In this document: piece after piece, positions 63,971-64,000 of the stretch | How the letters are laid out: each line of letters starts with the position of its first letter | Numbering within the stretch: position 1 is the first letter of the stretch | Source: the human T2T-CHM13v2.0 reference genome, Homo sapiens | Assembly: GCF_009914755.1 (NCBI RefSeq) | Contig: NC_060935.1 | DNA length: 64,000 nucleotides | Direction: 5' to 3' (one strand) | The notes under the pieces: model-generated | The model's database searches: none | What the model saw: only the letters and a program-made list of their open reading frames with translations | What the model was told of the DNA's origin: nothing | Translations under genes and position numbers: made by a program

Positions 63971-64000
63971 GAAGTCAGGAGGTATATGGAAAATTTCTGC

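Overview
Hominid (very likely human) genomic DNA that is mostly interspersed repeats: old and young L1s, about 10 Alus, L2/MIR, Tigger1, MER33, MaLR, an LTR12 nested in a MER61-like ERV1, a solo LTR13 and an SVA. Nearly all ORFs in the supplied track are repeat-derived. The main non-repeat signal is a spliced + strand MS4A (CD20-like, four-transmembrane) gene spread over about 30.7 kb. Four family-typical phase-0 exons (17252-17398, 28187-28243, 45019-45138, 47480-47590) join without stops or frameshifts. A plausible ATG-bearing first exon (16898-16945) extends this to a 160-aa protein (140 aa from Met 17264). From recollection, not a search, this fits the 11q12 MS4A cluster locus annotated as pseudogene MS4A19P, followed by a CpG-rich promoter at about 54.6-55.0 kb (possibly LINC00301). 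The leading hypothesis is that this 'pseudogene' still has an intact tetraspan ORF, possibly rescued by a 3-nt shifted splice donor. Secondary findings are a tailless U2 retrocopy, two 5'-inverted L1s, a PATRR-like hairpin with a templated insertion, and several insertions lacking target-site duplications (TSDs). No CRISPR, tRNA or rRNA genes were seen.
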